A model generated the notes under the pieces. The model saw nothing but the letters and a program-made list of their open reading frames with translations, searched no databases and had not been told where the DNA came from. Position numbers and translations under genes: made by a program. A DNA stretch of 64,000 nucleotides, taken from Eledone cirrhosa. Lineage: Eukaryota. The stretch covers positions 91,636,001-91,700,000 of the forward strand of contig OZ024740.1 of NCBI GenBank assembly GCA_964016885.1, given 5' to 3'. Below, in pieces: positions 1 through 14,029 of this stretch (positions within the stretch are counted from its first letter, which is position 1; each line of letters begins with the position of its first letter).

Positions 1-2143
1 CGAGCGGGGAGAACCTAAGGTGGTGTTTGTGTATGTGTGTAGGTGTACGTGTGTCTGTGTGTGTATGTGAATGTGAGAGTTGGGGGTAGAACGAGGTTCC
101 ATGTTCAGGTAAAAGTGAAACCCGTGTGTACATGGGGTGCGGTGTAAGTCTGTATGTGTGTGCGTGTGGATGGAGAGTGATCAGAGGGGTGGGGTAGAGG
201 GGGCGTGTGGACTCCGGAGGTTGACTGGGTTTATGTGAGGATACGCACGTGTGTGTTTGTTTATATGTGGCGTGGATGAATGGTGGCGTGGTTCGAAAAT
301 AATGTAATTGGTTGTTTGTGTGTATTTTCCGAGGGTATTTCCAGAGAGTGTGATACCAGATGTTGGAGATTCCGCCAGTGGTAGGATGGATTGCTGGAGC
401 GATGACCGGTGGTGTAAAATCCTGGTGTGGTAGTGAGGAAGTGGAGAGATATGGGTGCGCACGCAACAGGAAGTGATCAGAGGGCCAAGGCAGGCTGAAG
501 AGATAGGAGTAGGCAGTATAGGAGGATGACAGGTAAAGATAGGGTCTGTATGTGGTGTGGACTGTGTGAATGTGTGTGCGGAGGTACGATGGACAGGGGA
601 GGAGATGGGTAGGTGTGAAAGGTGGAGAGAAGAGATGGTGGTGTTGGGGGTTTGTGTGTATATTAGTGGAGGTATAAGTGGGATGAGTGTGCGAGGAGGT
701 GTTGGTGGAACGGAGAGAGAGAGATTGAAACAAAAGGTGTTGGGGACGGAAGAGGGAGTGTAGTGTACGGTGTGTGTGTGTGCATGTTTGGATATGAGTG
801 CGTGTGTGTGTGTGGTAGATAGGGTGTTAGTATTACTGGTTAGTTTGATAAGCTGTGGGGTGGCACAAGAGGGTGGGCGGAGTTCTGGGAGTGGAGGTGG
901 CGGTGAAATTGAGGAGTAGTTAGTGGTTTTAGTGGGGTTATGTGGGGTGGTGGAGAAGCGGGCGGTCGAATGCTAAAGGAAGAGGGGTGTGGAGTTCAGG
1001 CCGGGGAGTGTTTGGGTCTGTAGGGTGAAGATGGTGTGTTGCTCGACTGTGAGGTGGGTGGTGGGTGTCCCATGCATTGGATCAGGCCACAGACTGTGCG
1101 GTAGTGGGCGGAATATCAAGGGGAGCCAAAGTGGCGGGCGATGGGGGAACACCCGCCGAGACGAATATCGTAGAGGTGCTTCGTGAACCGATCCGCCAGG
1201 CGGCGTCCAGTTCCTCCGATGTAGGATTGCGCTGCACTCTGTGCAGCGATGTCCGTAGACGAGGTTGGAGGAGGTGTAACGGAAGGCGTGTCGGACAGAG
1301 ATAGAGTGGCCGCTGTGACGCTGGAATGTGGTGGTGTCGGTGATGTGGGGGCAGGTGTGGTAGCGAGGCCTTGAACGGGGAAGGGAACAGGGGGGGGGGG
1401 GGGAGAATAATGTGGATTGGGGGTAGTAAACTGAGGGAAGGAGGGAGCGGAGATTACGCGCGCGTTTGATGGAGGGAATGGGTGGGGATGGGAATATGGG
1501 GGATGTTGATGGGTCGTACTGGAGGCGTTGGAAGTGGTGGAGGAGTGGTCCGTGCGGGGGAAAGGGAGAAGGTGGGTGTGGGTGTGGGGCGTGGTGGTGA
1601 GGGCGATGGAGTGGTGGACAGCACGGGCACGAGTGAGGGCGGTGTGTAAGAAGGAGGGGGGTTACCTCTCCGGATGAAATGGTTGACTAGAGAAATGTCT
1701 TGGGATTCGAAGTCAGCATCTCGGCTGCAGAGGCGGCGGAACCGGAGGAGTTGGGAGTAGGGAATGGAGTGTTTTGTGTGCATAGGGTGGCAGGAGGTGA
1801 GGTCGTGATAGGAAGGGGAGTTGGTGGGTTTGAAGAAGGTTCAGGTGACGAGGGATTAGTGGGAGGGGTCGATGGCGGCAGAGATGTCCAACACGTGGAT
1901 GTGGATGGTGTAGATAGAGGAGGTGAAGTGGAGGAAAGGGTGGAAGAAGCAGAAGAAGGAGAGAAAGGAGTTGAGCTGTTCTCGGGTGTGGGTCGTGGCC
2001 CCGATACAGTCGTCGATGTAACGACCATACAGTTCGGGCCTGGGGGCTGTGTACAGTACAAAGATTTGGGCCTCAACATGGACAACGAAAAGGTTGGCAT
2101 ACTTTGGGCCTATTAGTGTGCAATGGCCTCCCCAGTGGCCTGT

Positions 2144-2145
<2 letters not shown>
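1..2145 (-). mobile_element. Decayed, 5'-truncated Penelope-like retroelement (RT C-terminal half, thumb, GIY-YIG endonuclease, 3' UTR/pLTR running off the window)
   Basis: Minus-strand frameshifted translation gives [13 protein letters not shown]...[10 protein letters not shown] (~2120-2000), IPYSQLLRFRRLCS (ORF 1454-1783), and SSNLVYG.RC.EC / YIGGTGRRLADRFTKH (~1270-1170). The 5' end abuts a (TA)n tract at 2146. Confidence 0.9.
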
Positions 2146-2188
<43 letters not shown>

Positions 2189-2213
2189 TGTATATATATA
2201 TATATAGATATTA

Positions 2214-2282
<69 letters not shown>

Positions 2283-3699
2283 CATGTGTGTATGCGTGTG
2301 TGGGTGTGTAAGAATGTGTAAGTGCCTGGGAGTGTGTCATGTTTACGTGTATTTAATATTCAAATTATGTATGTGAGTACATTATTCAAAATGTATTTTC
2401 TGCAAAGTTATTTATACTTGAAATGCAGCAATACCTAATCAAATCTACCCGATGATTATTTATATTGTATCCTAGCCTGTATTAATATTTGCATTAGCAA
2501 TACTTTGGTCTATATATTTCTGTGAACTGATGTAATTTGGAAAGAATTTGATTGTCCATATAATCTTGATTCTGTATCTATCAATGATAAATATGAAGCC
2601 AAAAATCCATATTACTATAAGTCTCTGAGTTCTATACCTGAACTGCGGCTATGTTGTGGCGCCGCATTCAATGATTTATTCCCATGTTCTAAAAAACAAC
2701 ATGAAAAGATAGCTGTCCGTATATTGTGTAGAATTAAAAGCAGTTTTTCACATAACTAAAGGGAAGTTAACAGATAATGTAGTGAGTAGAAACATCGAAG
2801 GGGATACCGAAAGCTATATGTTGATAAAATAGACTTTTGGCCAAGGCATATTAGTAAGTGATGGAGATCGTGAAAGGAATTGGGATATCAGTCGGTAGGA
2901 TGCCTGTTTTTATATTGTTCCATGAACAATATTTTTCGAATGAATATAATAAACGAAATACCATTTTTGTCATTTGTATACATTTTCTTTTGCATTTTTA
3001 TATCGATATTTATTGACAACGTATTTTGTAGTATTATAAATAATAATGATTTACTCGTTATTCACATACATATGTGGGGAAAGAAAAACCGAAAAATATG
3101 CATCTGCTGAATGCCCACACTGAATTTAAGTGGGATATATATGATGAATCAACAGCTTATGACAAATCTAAATTTAAATAAATACAAGTGATTACAATCG
3201 ACAGTAACAAAATGATTAAATTGAAATTTTGGGTTGTATTAAGAATGGAAATTCATCCAGGTTTTATAGTTGATTTGTTTTCGAAATTTTTCAAGAATAA
3301 ATTGGAACTCAAATTCTGTTTATGTCAGATCTATCAGATATTGATTTTCGCTAAATCTATTCCAATCAGGTATACCACAAAGAACTGGAAGCATCGATGG
3401 CATTTGAAATAAGGAATTGATAACGAATAAGCGATTCAAAATTGGTTTCAAAATTTACCTCATGTTGAATCTATTCTTAAGATAAGTAAACCTACAAACA
3501 TTTTTTTCAGTAGAAGCAAAATCAACGCACACGTATTCGAGAGATTCCAGGAGAAATACATGCCAGCATTGAAACAAGTTATGCACACTTGAGATTGAAA
3601 TGGAATATTGTAGTTGTTTCAGAAATGGATTCCATTGAAGTCATATGATAATTCTTTGGTTAAGGGTAGCCGCTGCTAATTCATGGATCTTGGTGTTTA

Positions 3700-3950
3700 A
3701 TCTCATCAGAAACCCTTTGTCATGAAATCATTAAAATACATTAATGATTTGCTGTGTATCAGTCCAACGTTGGTGAATAGAAACAAAATACAATCAATCA
3801 TTTGGCAGGACAACGCGTTACAGCACATCGCAATTACGACGCTTCCCAAATTTGACGAAATTGACTAGCACACCATAATTAATCCACCATAATTACCAGA
3901 TATTTCGCCAATAGTCTTTCAACATTTGAAGCATTTCGAAAAGATCTTCA
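3700..3950 (+). pseudogene. Highly decayed Tc1/mariner transposase remnant (catalytic C-terminal part)
   Basis: From ~3806 it reads QDNALQHIAITTLPKFDEID*HTIINPP*LPDISPIVFQHLKHF, resembling mariner HDNARPH...HPPYSPDLAPSDFHLF. Boundaries are approximate. Confidence 0.55.
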
Positions 3951-5074
3951 TTTATATAGCAGCAGAAACCGTTGTTGTTTTCACTTCTTTAAGCAAAATA
4001 AATAGTTCCAATATATTAACATCGTAAATACAAACATTTATTATTGAACATCTCAAAAAATATATTGCACTCATATATATACAATATGTTGAATCTTCGA
4101 TATCAAGCAAACAAAATGTATTATAATAAATATGTTCAACAGCGGTTATAGTTTAATTGGTTTTAGATATATATTTAAAAACATTGTTCTGAGTTGTATA
4201 TTTCATTCACCAAATTTGGTCTTACGGCCGCCAGACTGACGCAATATAAATTCCACTTGCTGTTATTAATCAGATTCATGCAAATGGATATAATTAATTG
4301 GAACGCACATCTCTTACTTTGTGCATAACGCGCTACATTATCCCGAAAACGAAGGCATTACATTTCGATGGAATAAACTGCACATTCATCCTACTTTACA
4401 CAACTCTGTATAATTTATGATATTTGTTATTTTCGAAATATAATTCCATACAATAATGAAATAACCTTTATTAATGCGGGCATTATTGTTAAGTTCCCAA
4501 ATAAGTTTAAAATATGACACCTGAGTTCTGAAAAATACCACGTTAAATGACAACAAAATATCAATAATATGACATTGTTTTTTTTTTCAAGATATAGAGT
4601 TTTTCAGAAATAATAAAACAAACGTAACACCACAATACGCAGGCTCGATGAAAGTTATCATACCGTGGTTGGAGCGTAAACATTTGCAAAGAAAAAAAAC
4701 AGATTTTTTAAAGCATACAGTTATCGCTCATTCTCATTCCCTTTCGCGTTTCACCACACGTAAACACACGCATGAACAAGCACGCGCGCGTTTTCTTTTG
4801 TTTTCAAAACGTATCACATTTGTCAGAAAATAAAAACCACATTTGTTTAATGCAATACTTACTTGTTTGATAAAATATATGTTTTCATAAACAGGCTATT
4901 TAATGGAAATATCGATAACACGTGTATCTTACTTTTGAAGTTGTGTCCAACTTCAGATATCACTAAGAGAGAAAGAAAGCTAGATTCTATTCTTTTTGTT
5001 CAATATTCCCAACGCGATCAGCAATTGAAACTCAATTCATATATCTCCTAAAAGTTCTTTCTAATAACAATAAT

Positions 5075-5248
5075 TGTTTCTACTTTAGGTACAAGGCCAG
5101 TGCATTACTGGTACTTTATTTTATCGACCCCGTAAGGATGAAAGGCAAAGTCAACCTCGGAGGGATTTTAACACAGATCATAAAGGGACGTAACTATGCT
5201 GCAAAGCATGGCGTCCGACCCTCTACCGATACTGCCAATCCACCGCCC
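5075..5248 (-). mobile_element. tRNA-derived SINE (family S1) with 13-bp TSD
   Basis: Minus strand has an A-box-like TGGCAGTATCGG, a decayed B box, and a conserved body GCCTTTCATCCTTACGGGGTCGATAAAATAAAGTACCAG. Direct repeat TAATAACAATAAT at 5062-5074 and 5249-5261. Four more copies are in the window. Confidence 0.85.
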
Positions 5249-5977
5249 TAATAACAATAATGTGGTAAAATATGTATTTTAATATCTGAGGTCTCTCGCT
5301 TCACGTGAAAACCTAGCTTTTGAAAATTTCAGAATGAACCAACAGATACAAAGTAAACATAATGTGTAATATATCATTCTCAGAACAGAGCAGAATGTTG
5401 ATATGTTTTAACATTTCTAAATGATAGATTTGTGAATCTGGTACGTTTAATGGTTAAAAATAGAATAACAAAATAAATATATATGTCCATTTTCGCTTAA
5501 CATATCAAACTAACATATCCATATCATCGTTTGTATATAAAGTTTCTTTTTAAAAGAAATACTGATATATAAATATATATTTTCACAAATTACGAATGCA
5601 TCGAGTTAATATATATATATCATGGACGTCAAGAAAATGTCGCTATCACATGTAAGTGTATGTTTCCCTGCTTGTGGAAACATTCAGAGACAGGCACGGA
5701 AATAGTAAACATATTTTTCTTACAAAGTTGTAATATTGCAATGATTGCATTCCTGCATAATTCGTTTTATTTATTGTTTATCATGTCTTCTTTAGTACGA
5801 ACCGATGGAGGTTACAAAATGGTTTCCTTCGAGAATTGCTGATTACATGATGCATTTTGTTTATGAACGAGAAAGACATGGTAGGAAAAGGAATAAACTG
5901 AAAGAACACAATTTTGACAACATATAAAAAAGTAACGACCGATTTCGTCACGAATAACTATGAGCTTTGCATATATA

Positions 5978-6258
5978 AACCGGCCCTGCAAGGCACTGGG
6001 AATTTTTTCTGGAAGCCCATCATCCGCTCATTCTTATCAGTCTCCGCTATCCGTTCAATGTTCTCAAAGGAAAGGCAGAGACAGATATAAGTTAGCACCA
6101 ATGGCGTTGTGACTCATTTCAACATCTGATTTAAGTGGATAAATGTGTGATGAAATGTATTACTCAAGAATAGTATGCATTTCTTTCTCCGGCGAACTGA
6201 ATTGAGAATCTCAAAATTGTGAACCCAACTCACTAGCCACTAAGCCAGGTGCCTTCAA
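5978..6258 (-). mobile_element. Old tRNA-derived SINE-like element (second family)
   Basis: Minus-strand head GAAGGCACCTGGCTTAGTGGCTAGTGAGTTGGG... is A-box-like with a decayed B box. Single copy in the window. Confidence 0.5.
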
Positions 6259-6336
6259 CTTTATATATGCACGCACACACACACAAACAAACAAACACAC
6301 ACGCGCACATACAGGCTCCCAAACACGCACACTATA

Positions 6337-6857
6337 GGTAAAACTTTCAAAACTATTGTTATAGATCTGACAAACCCATGTTTCAGTCATGGCATGTTTT
6401 ATGTGTCTGTTTCAAGGACTGGAACATCAAAACATCTGTACATTTTAGCCATTCAAAGAAAGACAAGTAAAGTTGTCAATCCTGAAGTTCTTCCTTAGGT
6501 ATAAGTATGAAATATATTTTCATGTTTTTATTATGTTAAAAAATAAATAGGTAAACTTTGAATTTCTAATTTGAAAATAATGCTTTACACAAAAATGAAA
6601 TGATCAAGTTTTGAATTGAAATTTAAAAAATGTTATTTAGAAGAAATAAAATAAGAATAAGATTTAATAATATAATTTTGATTTGATATATTACAAAAAA
6701 TAATGTTTTCCAATTTTTCATGCATTACATTTTACATTGAGTAATATCGATATACAGAGTTTTTCTCCATAAATTATATCATTGATTTAAAATCAATCAG
6801 ATTTTCTCCCAAATAAAAAATGTGTGAAATTCAGCAAGACGCGGGCAATTCGGCTAG
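6337..6857 (+). mobile_element. Helitron 3' fragment (PIF1 helicase C-terminus and terminus)
   Basis: Translates GKTFKTIVIDLTNPCFSHGMFYVSVSRTG...KVVNPEVLP* (helicase motif VI region). Ends in GC-rich ...GCGGGCAATTCGG-CTAG at 6857, next to (TA)n. Confidence 0.8.
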
Positions 6858-6858
6858 A

Positions 6859-6908
<50 letters not shown>

Positions 6909-7310
6909 CGTGTATCTGTGGATGTGTGTATTTGTGTGTATGCGTGTATATATATGTTTTCGTTGCAGCAATTGCTATTGTTTATCATATCTCTCAGCAT
7001 CGCTTCTTGGTTTAGCTTAGATTCGCATCACCTCATTAAATTCAAATGAAATTCGACTTAAGGAAAGTGTTGAAATCTCATAGCACGAACTGTGTCCTTA
7101 ATTTAGATGGTCAGTATTGTCGTACACAATGTACTTGAGTTTTCCAAGGGATTACGTTAAACGTACGTCTGTATGAATATATCTAAGGTATCAGGATTGC
7201 AAAGGCATACAGCTCCTTTTCTCGAACATCTGATGAATCTTCTCTCAATATCGTCGCACGACGGCTCACTTTCCCTCGTTTTGCTCTCGAAATCTCTCTC
7301 TCCCTCCCCC

Positions 7311-7407
<97 letters not shown>

Positions 7408-10382
7408 TATATATATATATACATGAGCGGGATTTGAAGACGAATAATGTACGTGCAGAAACTGAGACATTAGAAGAATATTCAAAAACAGATATCGAGA
7501 GAAATGAGAATCAGTTTGAAAATATTTATATATATAATATAATATCAAATAATATTTACGTATGATACTAGTTTATTTATCGTTGTTTTCACAATTATTG
7601 ATGTATCAGAAATATTCTCAGACTATGGTATTCACATAGGACCTATTATTCACAATTCAATGTTTCCAAGTTAATTTATTAAATTTCTGAAATCAATAGA
7701 ACAGACAATGAACTGTCATTTATGAATTTTTTGTGTAGGAAATTCGGGAAAGGGTTTTCAGTGGCTGTTATTCTTTGTTTTTATTTTCTTGACATTAATA
7801 TATCGATATATAGCAAGTAGTATTTTATATAAACGAAAAAAAATATGTTTTTCTTTTTAAAATGGGTTTCTCTTTTCTTTTAATTTAGTGTAATCTGAAT
7901 ATATATCCAATGCAGTTGTATGAAAAAGACATTCAATATTAGAATCATTGATTCCCCGCACAGGATCCGTTTATGTTCCATTCATAAAACTGAGCGAATT
8001 ATTACTATTATCTCATATACAATATAATATGACTCCTTTAAACAATGCAATATTCATATTCATGTGATTAATCATTATATATGGCATTCCTTTTTGATTT
8101 GGATTTATTAGAATATTCTGGCTTGTTGTGTTTTTTTTTTGAAGTCGAACACAAATATTAATTAAAAATAAAATAATTCTACAATAACACCCAACGTAAA
8201 TTAATGATTATTGTCCAAACTTAATTAAAAACACAAAAGAGGCTGTGTGCCCATGTTTGAAATTTTAAACAATTTGTGTCATATTCCTAATTATGATTCA
8301 TGTTATAGAAAATCATGTATTTTTACTATGTAAATTGTTTATAACATAATGCGTTAAAGTAAATAAATACTATTGCTATATATTTGCATAACCATCCCCA
8401 ATCAAGTACGCCACCCACAGAATGTATCCACCCCATGATGTAAGTCACATTAGTTTATGTCGAGACATGTAGATACCTGCATGTTAATGGTAAATATATT
8501 GGAAGTCCTGTTTTATTAAAGAATAATTTCATCTGACCTTTTAACAAGCTAATAATTTTCAGATTGCTATGAACATACAAATCAGAATAGATATTTATGG
8601 TGATATTTCTGGTTCACCTACTCACGGTTTCACCATAATTCCAAGAAAATACAACTGTGAGTTGGGAATTATATAATTTGAATGAATTTTCAAAAACTGG
8701 TTTCGTCTTGCGTTTTTGCAAGTCAAATTAGCTCTTAAATTATAGCCAGAAAGATAAAAAAAAGGTTCACATATCTAGCATCTTTCAAATGTATTCATAA
8801 TGTATTCGCAATTCTTAATGTGACACAAAATGTTTTGCTTACTCTATCGTATATACATACACACAGAGAAAAGATACAAACATTGACATATATATATTTA
8901 GAGAGAATATGAGTGAGAGAGAGAGATATAGAGAGATGTGTGTGTGTGTGTATATATATAGTGTGCACAGGGGGTAGGTTTCCATACAAATAAAATATTA
9001 TATGTAATAATTAATAGTGGGATATCACAGGTATATATCTAAAGAATATTTTGTATTTAATCTAACTGATTAGTTATAATTGTGACATTAAATAGAGATA
9101 CGTCGTATCAGATATTACAGGATTTGATTTGTATATCAATCTTAACAGGCAATGTTTGTGATTCTATTGTTATATTCAAAGTAGGCGTTCAATATGTTAT
9201 TTTGGTTATTTGATGTGATTGTGTGTGTAATTCTTGTGTGTGCAAATTTGTGGTTTTGAAAGATATTGATTGTTATAACGGAGATGTTCAAAAGAATGAA
9301 TTATGTTACTTTCTATACGTTTTTATTTGATTATATAATATTCTTTTCTTAGTTATACGTATGTGAAGGTCAACAAGATTAACATTGTGGGGGTTATGAG
9401 TTAAAGTATCTCTCAGAATATTTGATTGGGTATTAATCATTGCAATCATAAATGTGTATAGTGAATTAATTATTAGTTGCGTCTCCTATGTAGATGAAAT
9501 GAAGTAAAATTGTAATGCTAGTGTTCTGTTTATGAGTTGTATAAGATTGGTAATACTGTATCATGGGATTGTTAGGAAACCATGGACAATTGATTTAAAA
9601 TTTGACAAAATGTATTGTAGATCTTTTGTTATAATTGGTTACATGTATTGATTATCTTTGTGATAATGTTAGATAGCATAACGTAGCATACATATTTCTC
9701 TCCGTAATCGTCTGTGTGGATACAATTATTTTAATATTATCCCTGTAACACAAGTTTTAATATTATAAAATTCGCGCACCGAATGCAAATTGGTAGTATA
9801 GCAGGCTGCTTCTCCAACAACGTTCTCAAGAAATGTGATTCCCCTTCATTCAGAGACGTTTCACAATATATACCAAATAATATTTTATGTCGCCCTGTGA
9901 CATGAAAATCGAATATGTTCATGCATAAATATATAGGCATCGAAAAAAAAATAGAAGATATGTGGTCTGCACCTGTTGCATAAAATAAGTTATTTAAAGA
10001 AAAGAAATAATTTTATAATTTGCAAGTAACTAATGAAAAATGTGCGATAGGAAAAGAAAACTCTTTCTGAAGAAAAATGCAGCAATAAATAATGCGTGGA
10101 TGTGTGTTTGTATGTTGTTTCTTTTTTTTTTCCTTTCATTCTTAATACGACAAAATGCAGAGAAATGTAGGTAGGGTTATGCTGAAGTACAGCATATAAT
10201 TTTCTTTAATTTTCGATAATCGATGTATCAAATTAACTTTGAAATATTATCAGCATTCGCATGAGTATGAATCTAAAGAGGAAAGTCATTCGCAATTAAC
10301 TGTATATTTGTTGAATTAATTATATAATTCTGCAAAACAAACATCGCAAAATAATGTCATTATCAATAATATTTGCATATAA

Positions 10383-11007
<625 letters not shown>

Positions 11008-11459
11008 GGGAGTTTGGGTGAGAGTATGAGAGAAAATTACATCAATATTTCCGAAGAAACGCAGAGGAAAATATAATTAATGGTTTAAGCGCACATAAAT
11101 GCACAGCGTTATATACAGACTGATACATTGATGTGTGTGTGTTTCCAAGAGTGAACTTGCTTGTGTGTATCAATGTGTGAATTTACGTCTTTTTATGCAT
11201 TTTTTAAATATGAATTAATTATATTTACATTTAACTCTCGCAGAATGCGGAGCAAAGTTATTCATTTACTTCATGAGATTCAGTGATGAAAAGTTTTGAA
11301 GATAAAATGGCAAAAACCAAAGATGAATAAAAGAAATATTAAAACAAAATCACAATGTTAGTTTTTTATTTCATATATATATATATATTGTGTTCAAATG
11401 GAATGTTATTAATGAACAATCAAAAGGTTTGAGGGCGATGTATAGATCAATAAATATAA

Positions 11460-11636
11460 TAATTGTTTCTACTTTTGGCACAAGGACAGCAATTACCCAG
11501 TGTATTACTGGTACTTTATTTTATCGACCCCGTAAGGATGAAAGGCAAAGTTAACCTCGGCGGGATTTGAACTCAGAATGGCAAGGGGCGTAACTCTATG
11601 CATCAAAGCATGGGGTCCGACCCTCTACCGATACTA
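11460..11636 (-). mobile_element. SINE S1 copy (5'-truncated)
   Basis: Same body as 5075-5248. B box GAGTTCAAATCC is intact on the minus strand. Confidence 0.85.
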
Positions 11637-11789
11637 CTATAATATTTGCAAAGTGTGTTTGTATTATAAAATGGGATTGGCTCCACCTTTATATTATATA
11701 AATATAATTTCCTTTTGGGTTTTACATTTTCCATATAATCACAGTGTATTCTCATATATATCTATATATACATATCTACCTAGCCCCCC

Positions 11790-11864
<75 letters not shown>

Positions 11865-12691
11865 TTTCTCTCTCTCTCTCTTTCTCTCTCTCTATATATC
11901 CCTCTCTCCCTCTCTCAATATCTCTCTCTTTATCTATCTCTCTATCTATATATATATATATCTTTCTCTCACTCTCTCTCTCTCTCTAAAAATATATATA
12001 TATATATATGCATGCATACAAATCATTTTCGAGATATACCTACTTCACGAGGATAAATATTTGGGGAATATAGAGTTTCTTAATTCCGAATAGAATAAAA
12101 GAAATACAATCACTAGAGTGAAGGTGGCATCGTTTTTGAAAGGAGTAAAATTGATGAAAGTAAGGCGTAAAGTAAGATGAAAGTAAGGAGTAAAATTGAT
12201 GAAGATTTCGCGACTACGGTGGGTTACACTTCCAGTATTTATATTTTTCGGAGAATATTACATATTTATTTCAAATACAAAATACATATATATTATATAT
12301 ATAAGGATTTATATATACATATACATAAAGTTATAGATATATATGTTGCAACTGGTCACTTTTAAGCTCTATGAAGAATTAATACATTAAATAATCAGAG
12401 CAATATATCATAAATCATGTCTTTAGAATTATTAGATAAAATATATACCGTTTCTTCTTCCAATTAGCATAATTAACCATATAAAAAATCAATTAGACCA
12501 AGCTATAAGAAGAAATGCTCATATGAAGAAATCTTCGACAAATAACCGAAAGTGGCCTCTTCGTGGTGGCCACAATATAGTATATTTATCTAACATTTTG
12601 ACAGCATGTAGAAACTGACTAAATATATCATCAACCATACACAATTAGGTGTAAAATTAAACTTAGAAGAAATGTGTACATACCGTAATTA

Positions 12692-12770
12692 TATCTCTAC
12701 CATGGTTTCATCCGTATTTTTAGACATCCAATTAATAGAAATGCCCTGAGTTAGGATTCATCGGGAGACA
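12692..12770 (-). ncRNA. Type I hammerhead ribozyme motif (family C; core CCGATGA, U4C mutation)
   Basis: TGTCTC-CCGATGA-ATCC...GGAT-GAAA-CCATGG-TA-GAGATA. Confidence 0.75.
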
Positions 12771-13323
12771 AACTCAAAATAAGACATCTAGTTTTTCAAC
12801 CTGATCGCGCCGAAATTAGATTCAAATATGTCTAAGAATCGCTATGTGGCTGTGGTGGGGCCACCGCGAAGAGGCCACTTTCGGTTATTTGTCGAAGATT
12901 TCTTCATAAGAGCCTTTCTTCTTATAGCTTGGTCTAATTGATTGTTTATATGGTTAATTATGCTAATTGGAAGAAGAAACGCTATATATTTTATCTAATA
13001 TTTCTAAAGACATGATTTATGATATATTGCTCTGATTATTTAATTTATTAATTCTTCATAGAGCTTAAAAGTGACAGGTTGCAACATATATATCTATAAC
13101 TTTATGTATATGTATATGTAAACCCTTATATTTAATAATCTCCCGTTAGGTTGAGATTAAATTTGGCGATATTTGGCTGCGCTTTCTAGCAACAAGCCTA
13201 CCCGCCGTAAGCAGCCAATCACATTCTGTCTAGCTTGACCACAGCCACATAGCAATTCTTAGCCATTTTTGAATCTAATTTCGGCGCGATCAGGTTGAAA
13301 AATTAGATGTCTGATTTTGAGTT

Positions 13324-13402
13324 TGTCTCCTGGTGAATCCTAACTCACGACATTCCTATTAATTAGATGTCTAAAAATAAGGATGAAACCATGGTAGAGA
13401 TA
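13324..13402 (+). ncRNA. Type I hammerhead ribozyme motif (family C; core CTGGTGA, A6G mutation)
   Basis: TGTCTC-CTGGTGA-ATCC...GGAT-GAAA-CCATGG-TA-GAGATA. The consensus of the two copies is canonical CTGATGA. Confidence 0.75.
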
Positions 13403-14029
13403 TAATTACGGTATGTACACATTTCTTCTAAGTTTAATTTTACACCTAACTGTGTATGGTTGATGATATATTTAGTCAATTTCTACATGGTGTCGAAATG
13501 TTGGATAAATATGCTATATTGGGGCCACCGCAAAGCGGCCACTTTCGGTTATTTGTCGAAGATTTCTTCATAAGAGCCTTTCTTCTTATAGCTTGGTCTA
13601 ATTGATTTTGTATATGGTTAATTATGCTTATTGGAAGAAGAAACGGTATATATTTTATCTAATTATTCTAAAGACATGATCTATGATATATATATATATA
13701 TATATAGAAAATTGAGGTTGGTAATGGCACATGGAATATATAAGAGACAGAATACTTTTTTGTGAAAAAACATATAATTTTATAAGGTAAGGAAATAATA
13801 AAGGGTATAAAAAATGACCGGTTTCGATGGGTCTGCAAAAGCCATCTTTTCAAATGTTGATTAATATTAAGAAATTAAGAAAAATGAATAATAAGAAGAG
13901 TTAAAAGTTGAGATTTGAAAATTCAAGTATAAAATTCATTGTTGGCTTTCACAGTAGTTTTCATCTTGGTAGCAGCTCGTTTATGGTAGTGAATGAGAAG
14001 TTATTTGGGAGTGTGGGTTATTTTATAAA

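Larger units (their letters stand above)
12291..13690. repeat. HHR-bearing repeat family C: ~664-bp unit, ~1.25 tandem copies (+) preceded by an inverted partial copy
   Basis: 12291-12856 is the reverse complement of sequence in 12857-13690. GGCCACTTTCGGTTATTTGTCGAAG recurs at 12873 and 13537 (period 664). Both sides are TA-rich. Confidence 0.85.

Noticed and set aside
8563-8656. Possible host exon (TTTCAG|...|GTGAGT, open frame IAMNIQIRIDIYGD...)
   Set aside because: No recognisable protein similarity or partner exons. Such splice-like pairs arise by chance, so RNA-seq is needed.
13450-13510. Second HHR-like motif in family C (TTGATGA...GAAATGTTGGATA)
   Set aside because: Stem I is not complementary, and the other copy has AAAA in place of GAAA.
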